From: an uncultured Candidatus Rokubacteria bacterium
Lineage (GTDB): Bacteria > Methylomirabilota > Methylomirabilia > Rokubacteriales > DASRDR01
Assembly (NCBI GenBank): GCA_963708025.1
Contig: CAVPSB010000018.1
Location: 448,001-512,000, forward strand
Length of the DNA: 64,000 nt
Reading direction: 5' to 3'
Shown: positions 40,730 through 50,209 of the stretch, piece after piece
How the letters are laid out: the number at the start of each line of letters is the position of its first letter
Position numbering within the stretch: position 1 is the first letter of the stretch
Made by a program: the position numbers and the translations under genes
Notes under the pieces: generated by a model
Databases searched by the model: none
Seen by the model: only the letters and a program-made list of their open reading frames with translations
Told to the model about the DNA's origin: nothing

Positions 40730-41617
40730 CTACTCTGAGGCCAGCCCGAATTTGGTCTGTCGCCACGTGCGGGCCACCGCTCCGAGGGATTCCTTCTCGG
40801 CGGCCTCCGCTCGGCCGCTCCGCTCCCACGCCGGCCAGGCGATCTCCGCGTCAATGGCCGCCTGGACCCGCTCGCGCAGGGTCCGGGGGTCCAAGGCGTC
40901 CAGCTCCCAGCAGCGCGCGCCCACGCCGACCCGGCGAACGTACCAGGCGTAGCGGCGATCCTTCTGCTTGTCCGAGGCCGGGAACGAGGGGATCGCGTCG
41001 GTGGCCGTGTCTTCGGCGCTGATCGCGAGCCGCCGCAGGTTGACGGCGCCGCCGTAGTCGCGGAGCCGGCCGGGCAGATCGACCTCGCTCATGTGCAGGC
41101 CGCTCGGATCCCAGTCGCCGACGTACAGCGCCACGAAGGGGCGCGAGTCGTCCTCCCGGCTCTCATCGGCGACCGCCTTCACCTGGGTGGCCGAGCCGTA
41201 GCCATGCATGACCCGGAAGGTCACCGCGTACGCGTCCAGCACCGGCGCCAGCGTGCCGCGGATCGTGCCCTTCTCCGCCCACACCTCGACCCGGCGGGGC
41301 TGGAGCGCCCAGCGGTCCTTCCGGTACTGCTGCTCCACGGCACGGAGGATGGCCTCGGGATCCTCCCACGTTGACACGCGCTCCGGTGCCCGGGTTTCGT
41401 TGACGATCCAAAGCCAGGACACCAGTCCCTGCTCGCGCGCAATGACCAGGGCGCGCGAGACCCGGTTCGTGCTCAGCTTGGACATGTCGGGGATCAGCCC
41501 CTGGGTAAAGAGCTTGTAGCACACGGCCCGCACGCTGGCGGGCTGGATCGCCGCCAGGATCTCGGCACCGGCGTCGATCAGGGCGAACGTCTTGGCCCCC
41601 AGGCCGCGCCCCCTCAT
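40730..41617 (-). CDS. Topoisomerase VI-A/Spo11/JetD-like winged-helix + TOPRIM protein
   Basis: SVRAVCYKL (putative catalytic Tyr), VEVWAEK, YVGDWDPSGLHM (DxD), WELDAL. Confidence 0.75.
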   Translation of the reverse strand: MRGRGLGAKTFALIDAGAEILAAIQPASVRAVCYKLFTQGLIPDMSKLSTNRVSRALVIAREQGLVSWLWIVNETRAPERVSTWEDPEAILRAVEQQYRKDRWALQPRRVEVWAEKGTIRGTLAPVLDAYAVTFRVMHGYGSATQVKAVADESREDDSRPFVALYVGDWDPSGLHMSEVDLPGRLRDYGGAVNLRRLAISAEDTATDAIPSFPASDKQKDRRYAWYVRRVGVGARCWELDALDPRTLRERVQAAIDAEIAWPAWERSGRAEAAEKESLGAVARTWRQTKFGLASE

Positions 41618-42104
41618 GGAGCGCGGCGCCGACCCGACGCCGTTCCCAGGTTGAGGTGCTCCTGGCTGCGCCCGCGAGCGCACGTGTCGCCCCTCCCCGC
41701 GCCTCCAACGCTCACCTGTCAGTCCGGCTAGACAGACTCCTGAGATCCGCCAGAGAGGTATTGGCCGATCACCCGTGGCCTGCACCCGCGAAATGGGCTC
41801 ACCGGGAGGGCCCTCGGTGCGCCGTTCGACGAGCTGACGAAGGAGTCACCGCGACGATCGCGGGGACCTGCCCGGAGGGCCGGTTGAGGGGGTAGCCGAT
41901 CCGGTGGACGGACTGCACGACCCCGTCCGCGAGGTCCCCAGTGGAGGACCAGGACCGCGGTTCGCCGGCGGATTCGCCCAACCCGGGGTTCACCTGAGGA
42001 CTGCATGGCGTCGCGGACACCCGCGACATATGGCCATACTCGAATAATCATTAGAGTGTGATCTGACTGGGTCAGCGTTCGCCTGTTCTGGCATTTGTTC
42101 ATAT

Positions 42105-42186
42105 TTGACTCACGTTCACGTATCGTGTACAGTCAAGTCAGATGAACGATCGTTCCTGTTTCTGGGTTGTTCACGTAGCATGAACA
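42105..42186 (+). promoter_or_regulatory. Sigma70 promoter with two inverted-repeat operators upstream of abiEi
   Basis: TTGACT(42105)-N17-TACAGT(42128); GTTCA-N7-TGTAC at 42114-42130 and TGTTCA-N7-TGAACA at 42168-42186. Confidence 0.7.
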
Positions 42187-42227
42187 CAAGCGTAGCAATG
42201 AACGTTGACGGACCCATGGGCGGCACC

Positions 42228-43286
42228 ATGCATCTGCCGGAGCGGGAAGGCAAGCTCTTGGAGGACGCTCTGATCGCCTTCAGGCGCGTCACCGGGCTGA
42301 AGGCCGGCCTCGTCCCCAAAGAGCCCAAGATCCCGAAGGGTGCGCACCCTGACGCAGTCATCGAGGTCGAGGGAGACGGAAGGCGATTCCGGTTCTTCGT
42401 CGAAGTCAAAGCCGTGGATCGTGCGGTCGCGCTCGCGACTGTCAAGCATAGGCTCGAACCATTCGGCCACCAAGGTTTGCTCGTCGCGCCCTACATCACG
42501 CCCGAGCTCGCCAACCACTGCCGGAAGCTCAACCTACCCTTTATTGACACCGTTGGGAACGCATACCTACGGGCCCCCGGACTCTATGTCTTGGTTCGCG
42601 GGGAACGCCCCCCGGAGCAAGCGGTAACGGGCACGGGCGCCCGGGCTGGAGGTACCGCCACCGCACTCCGGGTCGTGTTCGCGCTCCTCTGCAAGCCCGA
42701 GCTGCTCAATGCACCCTACCGCGACATCGTCGCGGCCGCTGGCGTGGCGCTCGGTGCGGTCGGGTGGGTGTTCTTCGATCTGCAACGCCGGGGCTATATC
42801 ATCGGCGGAACGCGAACGCGCAACCGCGGCTTCCTCGAGGCCGGCCGCCTGCTCGACGAATGGGTCACGAACTTCCCGATCAAATTGCGCCCCAAACTCA
42901 ACCCGCGCCGTTTCCGGGCACCTGACCCGGGCTGGTGGCAGCACGCCCGTCTGCCGAACGGGGCGCTCTGGGGGGGGGAAGTCGCCGGGGCTAGACTGAC
43001 CGAGTATCTCAAGCCGGCGACCTATACGATCTACGTCGATCCCACCCAGGCGCGGGAGCACATCGCCACGTTGGTGAAGGAGCATCGCCTCCGCGCCGAC
43101 CCGCAGGGCGACGTCGAGGTCCTCGATCGGTTCTGGAATCTCCCGCCGCTCGATCGCACCCGGGCAGACCTTGTGCCGCCGCTTCTGACCTACGCTGACC
43201 TGATGGCCACGCTCGATCCGCGGAACATGGAAGTCGCCAAGCGGATCCGCGCGGAACAGCTCGACCTTGCTGTCCGTCGCGCGTGA
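42228..43286 (+). CDS. Type IV TA antitoxin, AbiEi family
   Basis: FIDTVGNAYL, HTH YRDIVAAAGVALG, LLDEW, WGGE, PPLLTYADL; overlaps the toxin gene; alternative ATG at 42198. Confidence 0.85.
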   Translation: MHLPEREGKLLEDALIAFRRVTGLKAGLVPKEPKIPKGAHPDAVIEVEGDGRRFRFFVEVKAVDRAVALATVKHRLEPFGHQGLLVAPYITPELANHCRKLNLPFIDTVGNAYLRAPGLYVLVRGERPPEQAVTGTGARAGGTATALRVVFALLCKPELLNAPYRDIVAAAGVALGAVGWVFFDLQRRGYIIGGTRTRNRGFLEAGRLLDEWVTNFPIKLRPKLNPRRFRAPDPGWWQHARLPNGALWGGEVAGARLTEYLKPATYTIYVDPTQAREHIATLVKEHRLRADPQGDVEVLDRFWNLPPLDRTRADLVPPLLTYADLMATLDPRNMEVAKRIRAEQLDLAVRRA

Positions 43287-44142
43287 ACGCCCACTCGACG
43301 CCCTGACGCTCGACGTGCTGCGCCACGTGGATCGTATCTCCCAAGATCTCAGGCTCGATTACTTCGTGGTCGGGGCGATGGCGCGGGACATCCTGCTCAA
43401 CGGAGTGTTCGGATTGGACACGGGTCGCAGGACGGCCGACCTCGACCTCGCAGTGGCCGTCGAGGGGTGGCCCCAATTCGAGGCCATCAAGGCGCGCCTC
43501 ATCGAGACGGGGTCGTTCGTACCGGCCGCGTCGTCCGCCCAGCGCCTGTACTATCGTGCGACGACGAGGGGAACCGGGTATCCGCTCGACATCATTCCCT
43601 TCGGAGGGGTGGAGCAGCCGCCGCACCAGATCGCCTGGCCGCCCGACCGGTCCATCGTCATGAACGTGGCTGGCTACGAGGAAGCACGCGCCTGTGCGGT
43701 CCCGGTGGATGTGGTCTCGGGCTTCGTGGTGCGCGTCGCCTCGGTGCCGGGGCTCGCAATCTTGAAGCTCATCGCATGGGCCGACCGCGGAGCCAGTGAT
43801 CCGAGAGACGCGATCGATCTGGCGACCCTCCTGCGCCAGTACGGGGACGCGGGCAACGAGGGCCGGTTGTATGACACAGAGATTGCCGTCCTCGAGGTCG
43901 CGAACTATGATTTCGAGCTCGCCGGAGCACGGCTCCTCGGCATGGACGCGAGCCGAATCGCCGCCCCCACGACACGCGCCCAAGTCCACTCGATCCTCGA
44001 CGATGCGGTTCGACTGGATCGCCTGATCCGCGACGTGGCGCGAGGACTCGCGGCCGAGGATCCCGTCGCGACGGCCGGCGGATTGCTCGCTCAGTTCAAT
44101 GCGGGGTTTCGCGAGGCGCAATCCGACGCCGCGCCGAACTGA
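43267..44142 (+). CDS. Type IV TA toxin, AbiEii-like nucleotidyltransferase
   Basis: VVGAMARD, RRTADLD, DIIPFG, LKLIAWADR, RDAIDL. Confidence 0.85.
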   Translation: MLSVARERPLDALTLDVLRHVDRISQDLRLDYFVVGAMARDILLNGVFGLDTGRRTADLDLAVAVEGWPQFEAIKARLIETGSFVPAASSAQRLYYRATTRGTGYPLDIIPFGGVEQPPHQIAWPPDRSIVMNVAGYEEARACAVPVDVVSGFVVRVASVPGLAILKLIAWADRGASDPRDAIDLATLLRQYGDAGNEGRLYDTEIAVLEVANYDFELAGARLLGMDASRIAAPTTRAQVHSILDDAVRLDRLIRDVARGLAAEDPVATAGGLLAQFNAGFREAQSDAAPN

Positions 44143-44498
44143 TCCGGGCCGCTGCGGCTCTCCAGGTCTCATGCCCCGAGCGTCACGGGCGCCCGCCGGA
44201 CTCGAGGCGAGGAAGAACGTAGGGGCGGGTCTGCTGCTCGGCAGTCCGCTCGTCATCTGAGTCAGCGCCCACGCGCTCCGCCGGACGGCCGCGGATCCCG
44301 CGCGCTTCCACCCGCTCCACCGCGCAATCCGCCGCCGGACGTGGCAATTCGTCGCGACCTCCGTGCTCGGGGCGACGGCGCTCGAGGTGAGCCGGGCGGG
44401 AACCCACCGCATGCCAAGCTATCTGGCGAGCTCGTGACGATCGGCGAGCGGCCCCGGAAACCTAGGGCTCAGGGACGACGAATGATACGGTGAGGGCA

Positions 44499-44702
44499 AT
44501 GCGTTTCGGCTCCGTCTTCACGGCTCGCCGCCCACGAGTCCCGAGACCGAGTCCGCTCCACTATCACTACTGCGATGGGTGCGATCACGAGTGGCCCCAT
44601 GAGGAACCCCCATGCCTCTGGCACTGGGTGTGGCGGTGCCCCCGGTGCGTTCCGGCTGTCTCACTCGTAGAGCCGGTCACTCGGCGTCCGAGTACGGGCT
44701 GA
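44499..44702 (+). CDS. Cys/His-rich microprotein (putative zinc-binding)
   Basis: GAGGG RBS; HYHYCDGCDHEWPH..C....CPRC. Confidence 0.45.
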   Translation: MRFGSVFTARRPRVPRPSPLHYHYCDGCDHEWPHEEPPCLWHWVWRCPRCVPAVSLVEPVTRRPSTG

Positions 44703-44769
44703 CCCCTGCCCGCTGCGTGCGTTCCGTTCGACCGTCACCCTCACCCCGTGACCTGAACCGGAGGCGCCT

Positions 44770-45270
44770 GTGCCGAAGATCGAAATAGCCATCAGAGACG
44801 CCATCCAGCGAGGGGCCCGGCGGCAGATTCGGCTGGTCGCCACGCCGCTCCGTCGCGAGGTGCGGCGGCTCCGCCACACCGTCGCCGGGCTGCGGACGGA
44901 GCTGATCGCCCTCCGGGCGACGGCGGCGCAGTGGAAACGGGTGGCCGAGCAGACCCCCTGGTCCTCGACGGTGTCCGATGAGACGGTCAAGGCCGCTCGC
45001 CTGTCGCCGCGGCTGATCCAGAAGCTCCGGGCGCGGCTCGGGCTGAGCCAGACCGCGCTGGCCAAGCTCGCGGGGGTGAGCGGGGCGGCGGTCGTGCAGT
45101 GGGAGCAGGGCCGGGCTGCGCCGTCCGGGGACCACCGGAAGGCGGTCGTGGCGCTCCGGACGCTCGGCCGGCGAGAGGTGAAGCGCCTCTTGGCTCGGAT
45201 GCCGACGCCGGCCGCGAAGCGGAGACCACGATCCCGGAAGGGACGGCGCGGGGCGCGGCGGCGCGGCTAA
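44770..45270 (+). CDS. XRE-family HTH regulator with N-terminal coiled coil
   Basis: GGAGG RBS; LRARLGLSQTALAKLAGVSGAAVVQWEQGRAAP. Confidence 0.85.
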   Translation: MPKIEIAIRDAIQRGARRQIRLVATPLRREVRRLRHTVAGLRTELIALRATAAQWKRVAEQTPWSSTVSDETVKAARLSPRLIQKLRARLGLSQTALAKLAGVSGAAVVQWEQGRAAPSGDHRKAVVALRTLGRREVKRLLARMPTPAAKRRPRSRKGRRGARRRG

Positions 45271-45398
45271 GGGGCCAGGCTCCAAGGGACCTCGGCAAGA
45301 ACGGGAGCGAGGGCGACCGTGATCTTCGCCGACCTCCACTCGCCGATCGTGTTGGCGTTTCTCGCCCGCTGCCCCACCCGTCAGAATGCCCAGGTCCC

Positions 45399-45421
45399 TG
45401 GTGCCGGTTTTGGTGCCGGTT
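45399..45421 (+). repeat. Arm-type direct repeat TGGTGCCGGTT x2
   Basis: 45399-45409 and 45411-45421, 12-bp period, ~120 bp from the tRNA-Arg fragment. Confidence 0.65.
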
Positions 45422-45540
45422 CGGCATCGAAATGAGGCATAGTCGGTCACGGCACGACAACGGCGCGGCCCCGGCCAAGTGCTGATCTCGTCGTACGTCA
45501 TCACGCTCGGGCGCAGTAGGTCGCAGGTGGCGCGCACGCA

Positions 45541-45580
45541 CTTCTAAGCCGTGGGTCGGGGGGACCCAACGATTCCCTCC
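45541..45580 (+). tRNA. Degenerate 3' fragment of tRNA-Arg(TCT) (att site)
   Basis: CTTCTAA-GCCGT-GGGTC-GGGGG...CGATTCCCTCC; starts at the anticodon loop, T-loop damaged, no D-arm. Confidence 0.6.
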
Positions 45581-45806
45581 ACTCGGCGACAGGCACGGCC
45601 AGCCTCCCTATATCCAAGCTTCAGTACCCCTTGGACGGTGTGCCTCCCGGCGGTGGCGACGGGAAGGCTGTGCCCGAAGCGCCGCGCCCGGCCGGCTCGG
45701 TCTTGCCCGGCCGGCCCAGGACCTGAACTTCGCAGCGCAGCCGGTCGCCGAGCCGGTCTTTCTCCATCTCGAGGATCGTAGCCGGCCAACAACCTTGAAC
45801 TTGCCG

Positions 45807-45853
45807 TGGGGCTCCAGCGGGGGTTCGAACCCGTGTTTCAGCCTTGAGAGGGC
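45807..45853 (-). tRNA. 3' half of tRNA-Glu(CTC) (att site)
   Basis: Minus strand GCC-CTCTCAA-GGCTG-AAAC-ACGGG-TTCGAAC-CCCCG-CTGGAGCCCCA; no D-arm or 5' acceptor strand upstream. Confidence 0.8.
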
Positions 45854-45887
45854 GGTGATGAGCGTTGCAGCGATGCCGACTTGCCGG

Positions 45888-45912
45888 GCGGTTGCCACCT
45901 GCGGTTGCCACC
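45888..45912. repeat. Arm-type direct repeat GCGGTTGCCACC x2
   Basis: 45888-45899 and 45901-45912, beside the tRNA-Glu fragment. Confidence 0.7.
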
Positions 45913-46396
45913 ACGCGTTCGAGTGGGCAGGGGCGCGTACCCCGATACCACCTCGGCAGCGTGTCTGGTCCGTGAGCGCAGCGTAACGACGCATCATTTC
46001 TCGATGTGGTCGCGCCGGCGCTGGAAGTGGCTGTTGGACATCCTGGAGCGCGGGGTGAAGCCGTCGAGTCTGCGGAGGAAGGCATCCCCTGGCGCCGTGT
46101 TCGAGGATCAAGTATAGTCAGGGCGTCAGGACGCGGACCGTCCTGCGAGGCCTTGGCGAGGGGGCCGTGATGTTGGAAAGCTCGTCTCTGGTTCTGGGCT
46201 CACTATTATAACTTGAGCTTGGCCAGCCCCGCCTCGTCGATCATTGCTCGTGACGCCACGGATTCCCTTCGAGGCCCCGGTGGATCGAGTGCGCTGTCGG
46301 CCAAACGAACCGCGTCCATGACTCCGACGTCATCTTCACCACACTCGACCGATCGGAGCATTCTGTCGGTCCGATCCTCGCGGGACCGGGGTTGAC

Positions 46397-46680
46397 ATGC
46401 AGCTAGAGGGGAAGCGGGCGATCATCACGGGTGGTGCCTCTGGAATTGGCGAGGCGACTGCGCGGATGATGAGCGACCGGGGGGCCCGGGTCGCAATCCT
46501 TGACATCGACGACGCCCGCGCCAGGGCCGTCGTCGCCGATCTCGCCGGCGCGATCGCCCGCAACTGCAACGTAAACGACTCGTCCGCGGTGGACACACGA
46601 TCTGCTTCCTCTGCTCCTATGACTCGTCGTATTTGACCGGGCAGACGATCAGCCCGAACGGGGGCTACATCACCGTCTGA
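46397..46680 (+). pseudogene. SDR oxidoreductase with large internal deletion
   Basis: ITGGASGIG N-terminus joined out of frame to the C-terminal FLCSYDSSYLTGQTISPNGG. Confidence 0.8.
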
Positions 46681-46741
46681 TCGACCACAGGCCGGATCAC
46701 GCAAGCCTCCTCGGCCAGTCCGGCTCCAACCCAGTCGGCCC

Positions 46742-47098
46742 TCACGTTCCCGAGTCGTCGCGTCGGAGGGCTTCATACTCCTCGATGGCTGCCTCCCACT
46801 CGGCAAGGTCATCGTCGGATAAATTGGGCAGATTGGGCTGTGTCACGAGGAGGCCCGTGCGCTCGAAGGCATGGATCTTCGCAGGGTCGAGGCCCGCAGT
46901 CTTCATCGCCGCGGTGAATTGCGCTCGGGCCGCCGGCTCGTCCAGCGGCCGGGGCTGATCGGCGTCGGGATCGAAGAACACCGGATCCCCGGGGCGGGGA
47001 TCGCGGCCGAACTTCGCCGTGAATCGGTCGCGCTGCTCGAGCAGCGTTGCCAGCAACTCGTCGTCCATGCAGTCCAAGGGGAATCTCTCGCGGCGCAT
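46742..47098 (-). CDS. Conserved hypothetical protein
   Basis: GGAGG RBS; FTAKFGRDPRPGDPVFFD...AGLDPAKIHAFERTGLLVT..N...EWEAAIEEY. Confidence 0.65.
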   Translation of the reverse strand: MRRERFPLDCMDDELLATLLEQRDRFTAKFGRDPRPGDPVFFDPDADQPRPLDEPAARAQFTAAMKTAGLDPAKIHAFERTGLLVTQPNLPNLSDDDLAEWEAAIEEYEALRRDDSGT

Positions 47099-47350
47099 GT
47101 CCAGCCCTCCGATTTCCCTGGGTGGCGTGACGGCTAGCCAGTCAGCGCGGCCCTCGCTCATCCGAGCGTCGTCATCTCGCCGTCAGCGCTTCCCTCCTCG
47201 CCCCTCCCGACCTGGCGCCCCATGCGCCGCCTCGGTCCCTCGGGGTTGAGGAATCCATTATCATACGAGATGATACATCGTAGCAATCGTACAGAGCCTA
47301 CCTCAACGGGTCTCGGTGGCGAGAGCGGCCGCCAACGGAAGGGGAAAGCC

Positions 47351-48115
47351 ATGAGCGTGCCGGGATTCCGGCTGGACGACCGCGTTGCTATCGTGACGGG
47401 AGCGAGCCGGGGCATCGGCCGTGCCATCGCCCTCGACTTGGCGCGAGCCGGCGCCCACGTCGTGCTCGCCGCCCGCAAGGCGCCTGACCTCGAGGCGGTC
47501 GCCCATGAAATCACGAGCCTCGGCCGACGTGCCCTCCCCGTTCCCGGTCACATGGCCCGCCGGCCGGACATCGATCGGCTCTTCGACGTCACCGAGCGGG
47601 AGTTCGGCCGCCTCGACATCCTCGTCAACAACGCGGCCACCAACCCCGTCTTCGGTCCCGTCATCGAGATCGAGGAGGAGGTCTGGGACAAGATCATGGC
47701 GCTCAACGTGAAGGGCTACCTCTTCGCGACCCAGCGGGCGGCGAAGGGCCTGATCGCCGCGGGAAAGGGCTCGATCGTCAACGTGTCGTCGGCCGGTGGA
47801 TTTCGAGCCAGCCAGGGGATGGGCGCCTACGCGGTCTCGAAGGCCGCGGTCATCATGCTCACGCGGGTCCTGGCGAAGGAATTGGGGCCGTTCGGCATTC
47901 GGGTCAACGGGATCGCACCGGCGATCGTCGAGACCCGCTTCAGCGAGCTCTTGTGGAAGACCCCGGAGATTCTCGATCAGTACCTGAAAGCCACTCCACT
48001 GGGACGAATCGCCCAGCCGGAGGAGATCTCCGGCGCGGTCGTGTACTTGTGCTCCGACGCCGCCAGCTATGTGAACGGTCAGGTGATCGTTCTCGACGGC
48101 GGCCATCTCGCCTAA
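47351..48115 (+). CDS. SDR oxidoreductase (DHRS4-like)
   Basis: TGASRGIG, NNAATNP, YAVSK. Confidence 0.93.
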   Translation: MSVPGFRLDDRVAIVTGASRGIGRAIALDLARAGAHVVLAARKAPDLEAVAHEITSLGRRALPVPGHMARRPDIDRLFDVTEREFGRLDILVNNAATNPVFGPVIEIEEEVWDKIMALNVKGYLFATQRAAKGLIAAGKGSIVNVSSAGGFRASQGMGAYAVSKAAVIMLTRVLAKELGPFGIRVNGIAPAIVETRFSELLWKTPEILDQYLKATPLGRIAQPEEISGAVVYLCSDAASYVNGQVIVLDGGHLA

Positions 48116-48180
48116 GTACCGATCGGCCCGGGGGTGCACGCAATCCGACCCGACGGTTGCATCACGAAGGAGGGAGTACC

Positions 48181-49056
48181 ATGCGTGACTTCACTGGCCG
48201 TGTTGCGGTGGTCACTGGTGCGGCCAGCGGCATCGGCCGCGCGCTGGCCGAACGGTTCGCCCGGGAGGGCATGAAGGTCGCCCTCTCGGATATCGAAGAA
48301 CGGGCCCTTGAGCAGACCGCGGGCGAGATGCGCACCGCGGGCCACCAGGTCCTTGCGGTCCGGACCGACGTGGCGGACGCCGCCAGCGTCGAGGCCCTGG
48401 CCCGGGACACGCTGGCCGCGTTCGGCGCGGTTCACATCGTCTGCAACAATGCCGGCGTGGTGCCGGGCGAGCGCTTCCGCCCCGTGTGGGAGTATGCGCT
48501 CGAAGACTGGCGGTGGGGGCTCGACGTCAACCTCTGGGGCGTGATCCACGGTGTGCGGACATTCGTCCCGACGCTGCTCGCCCAGGGAGACGAGGGCCAC
48601 GTCGTCAACACGGCCTCGATCGCCGGCCTGATCAGCGGGTCCGGCTCACCCGTCTACGGAGTGGCCAAGCACGCCGTGGTGCGTCTCACCGAGGCACTCT
48701 ACGCCAGCCTTCGTGAAATGGGCGCCCGGATCGGCGCGTCGGTGCTGTGCCCCGGCCTGGTCCAAACCAACATCTACCGCTCGGAACGAAACCGGCCGGC
48801 ACATCTGCGCCACGAGGGAGCCGGGAAGGAATCGCCGGCTGACGCTGCAGCGGAAAAGATTCGCCCCGGGGGGCTGACTCCGGAGGAGGTCGCCGATCAG
48901 GTCTTCGACGCGATCCGCTCGGACCGCTTCTATGTCATCACGACGAGCACCTTCGATGACGCGATCCGATCGCGGAGCGACGACATCCTCGCCCGTCGCA
49001 ATCCCGTCTTTCCGGGGCTTCTCGAGCTCGCTCAGCGCGACAGCCGGATTCGCTAG
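48181..49056 (+). CDS. SDR oxidoreductase
   Basis: TGAASGIG, NNAG, NTAS, YGVAK. Confidence 0.93.
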   Translation: MRDFTGRVAVVTGAASGIGRALAERFAREGMKVALSDIEERALEQTAGEMRTAGHQVLAVRTDVADAASVEALARDTLAAFGAVHIVCNNAGVVPGERFRPVWEYALEDWRWGLDVNLWGVIHGVRTFVPTLLAQGDEGHVVNTASIAGLISGSGSPVYGVAKHAVVRLTEALYASLREMGARIGASVLCPGLVQTNIYRSERNRPAHLRHEGAGKESPADAAAEKIRPGGLTPEEVADQVFDAIRSDRFYVITTSTFDDAIRSRSDDILARRNPVFPGLLELAQRDSRIR

Positions 49057-49069
49057 GGGGGAACACGCG

Positions 49070-49828
49070 ATGGGTCGTCTGTCGGACAAAGTTGCCCTGA
49101 TCACGGGGGCGGCCTCGGGCATCGGCCGCGCGACCGCCGAGCGGTTCGCCGAGGAAGGCGCGCGCCTGGTCGTCTCGGACCGGGTGGACGACAAGCTCGC
49201 CGCGACCGCCAAGGTCTTGACGGATGCCGGGGCCTCCCCCCTGTCGATCCACTTGGACGTGACGCGCGAAGAGGAGTGGGTCGCGGCGATCGCGACCATC
49301 GAGCGCCACTTCGGCCGGCTCGACGTGTTGGTCAACAACGCGGGCTACGGGGTGCTGAAGCGGATCGCCGAGACATCCCTCGAGGACTGGCGGAGTATCA
49401 TCGCCGTCAACCTCGACAGCGTCTTCCTCGGTGTGAAGCTCGCGATCCCCCTCATGGCGAGAGGCGGCGGCGGCTCCATCGTGAACGTCTCGTCGATCCG
49501 CGGGCTGGTCGCGGGCGAGGGCTCCGGAGCTTATTGCGCGGCGAAGGCGGGCGTTCATCTCTTCACCAAGGTGGCGGCGCTCGAATGCGCGGCGGAGAAG
49601 AATGGCATTCGGGTGAACTCCGTCCACCCGGGCTTCGTCGATACGCCCCTGACCGCGCCACAGCTCACCAACCAGGAGTGGCAGCGACGAAGCCTCGAGA
49701 AGACCCCGGCCGGACGTCTCGCCACCCCGCGCGAGATCGCCGACGCGATCCTCTATCTGGCCTCCGACGAATCCAGCTTCGTCAACGCCTCGGCCCTGGT
49801 CATCGACGGCGGTTTCACCGCTCGGTAA
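49070..49828 (+). CDS. SDR oxidoreductase (hydroxysteroid/cyclopentanol dehydrogenase-like)
   Basis: TGAASGIG, NNAG, YCAAK, IRVNSVHPG. Confidence 0.93.
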   Translation: MGRLSDKVALITGAASGIGRATAERFAEEGARLVVSDRVDDKLAATAKVLTDAGASPLSIHLDVTREEEWVAAIATIERHFGRLDVLVNNAGYGVLKRIAETSLEDWRSIIAVNLDSVFLGVKLAIPLMARGGGGSIVNVSSIRGLVAGEGSGAYCAAKAGVHLFTKVAALECAAEKNGIRVNSVHPGFVDTPLTAPQLTNQEWQRRSLEKTPAGRLATPREIADAILYLASDESSFVNASALVIDGGFTAR

Positions 49829-49831
49829 GCC

Positions 49832-50010
49832 TCAAGCCGTGGCATCTCCGAGGAAAAACCGCGTGAGGAACTGGGCCGTTTCGCGGGGCGCCTGAATCTG
49901 GGGAAAGTGCCCGGCTCCCGGGATGATGACGGGGTCGACTGGTCGGGGCAGCGTGCGAGCGACCTCGGCGACCACGGGGCCGGCGCCCGGCGAGTCTACG
50001 AGGATGCGCC
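49832..50010 (-). pseudogene. Alpha/beta hydrolase C-terminal remnant
   Basis: PVIIPGAGHFPQIQAPRETAQFLTRFF only. Confidence 0.55.
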
Positions 50011-50209
50011 GGAACCGGTCACCCAGCTGGCGATCGCACCACTGCCAGGAATGATCGAGCCACCCAACTCGTGGAGCAGCACGAGCCGCGGCGCTCCCGT
50101 CGAGCCCCTCGCACCTCGCAGTGCACGTCAACCGCCCCCACTGCTCGACATCGCGCTCTTGTCTCCCTCAGCGAGCTCCCCAACGTCCCCGTGCGAACCG
50201 TGACCGCGT

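Larger units (their letters stand above)
23425..45562. mobile_element. Integrated plasmid/ICE-like element (left end and integrase missing)
   Basis: Xis-like gene, ssb/radC/annealase/UvrD block, ParM-ParR, ParB-like pair and AbiE TA; right end marked by arm repeats and a tRNA-Arg fragment. Confidence 0.7.

Noticed and set aside
40730-41617. Wadjet (JetABCD) system
   Set aside because: No SMC, kleisin or KITE genes nearby.
42039-42058. dif-like or res site (ACTCGAAT-AATC-ATTAGAGT)
   Set aside because: An imperfect palindrome only; no recognisable XerD arm and no resolvase in the window.
23425-45562. Prophage or self-transmissible ICE
   Set aside because: No capsid, terminase, tail, relaxase, coupling protein or T4SS genes recognised.
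10100-45580. Single 35-kb island bounded by the 10100 and 45541 tRNA halves
   Set aside because: The anticodon loops differ (TTCGTAA vs CTTCTAA), the stems do not pair and the arm repeats differ.
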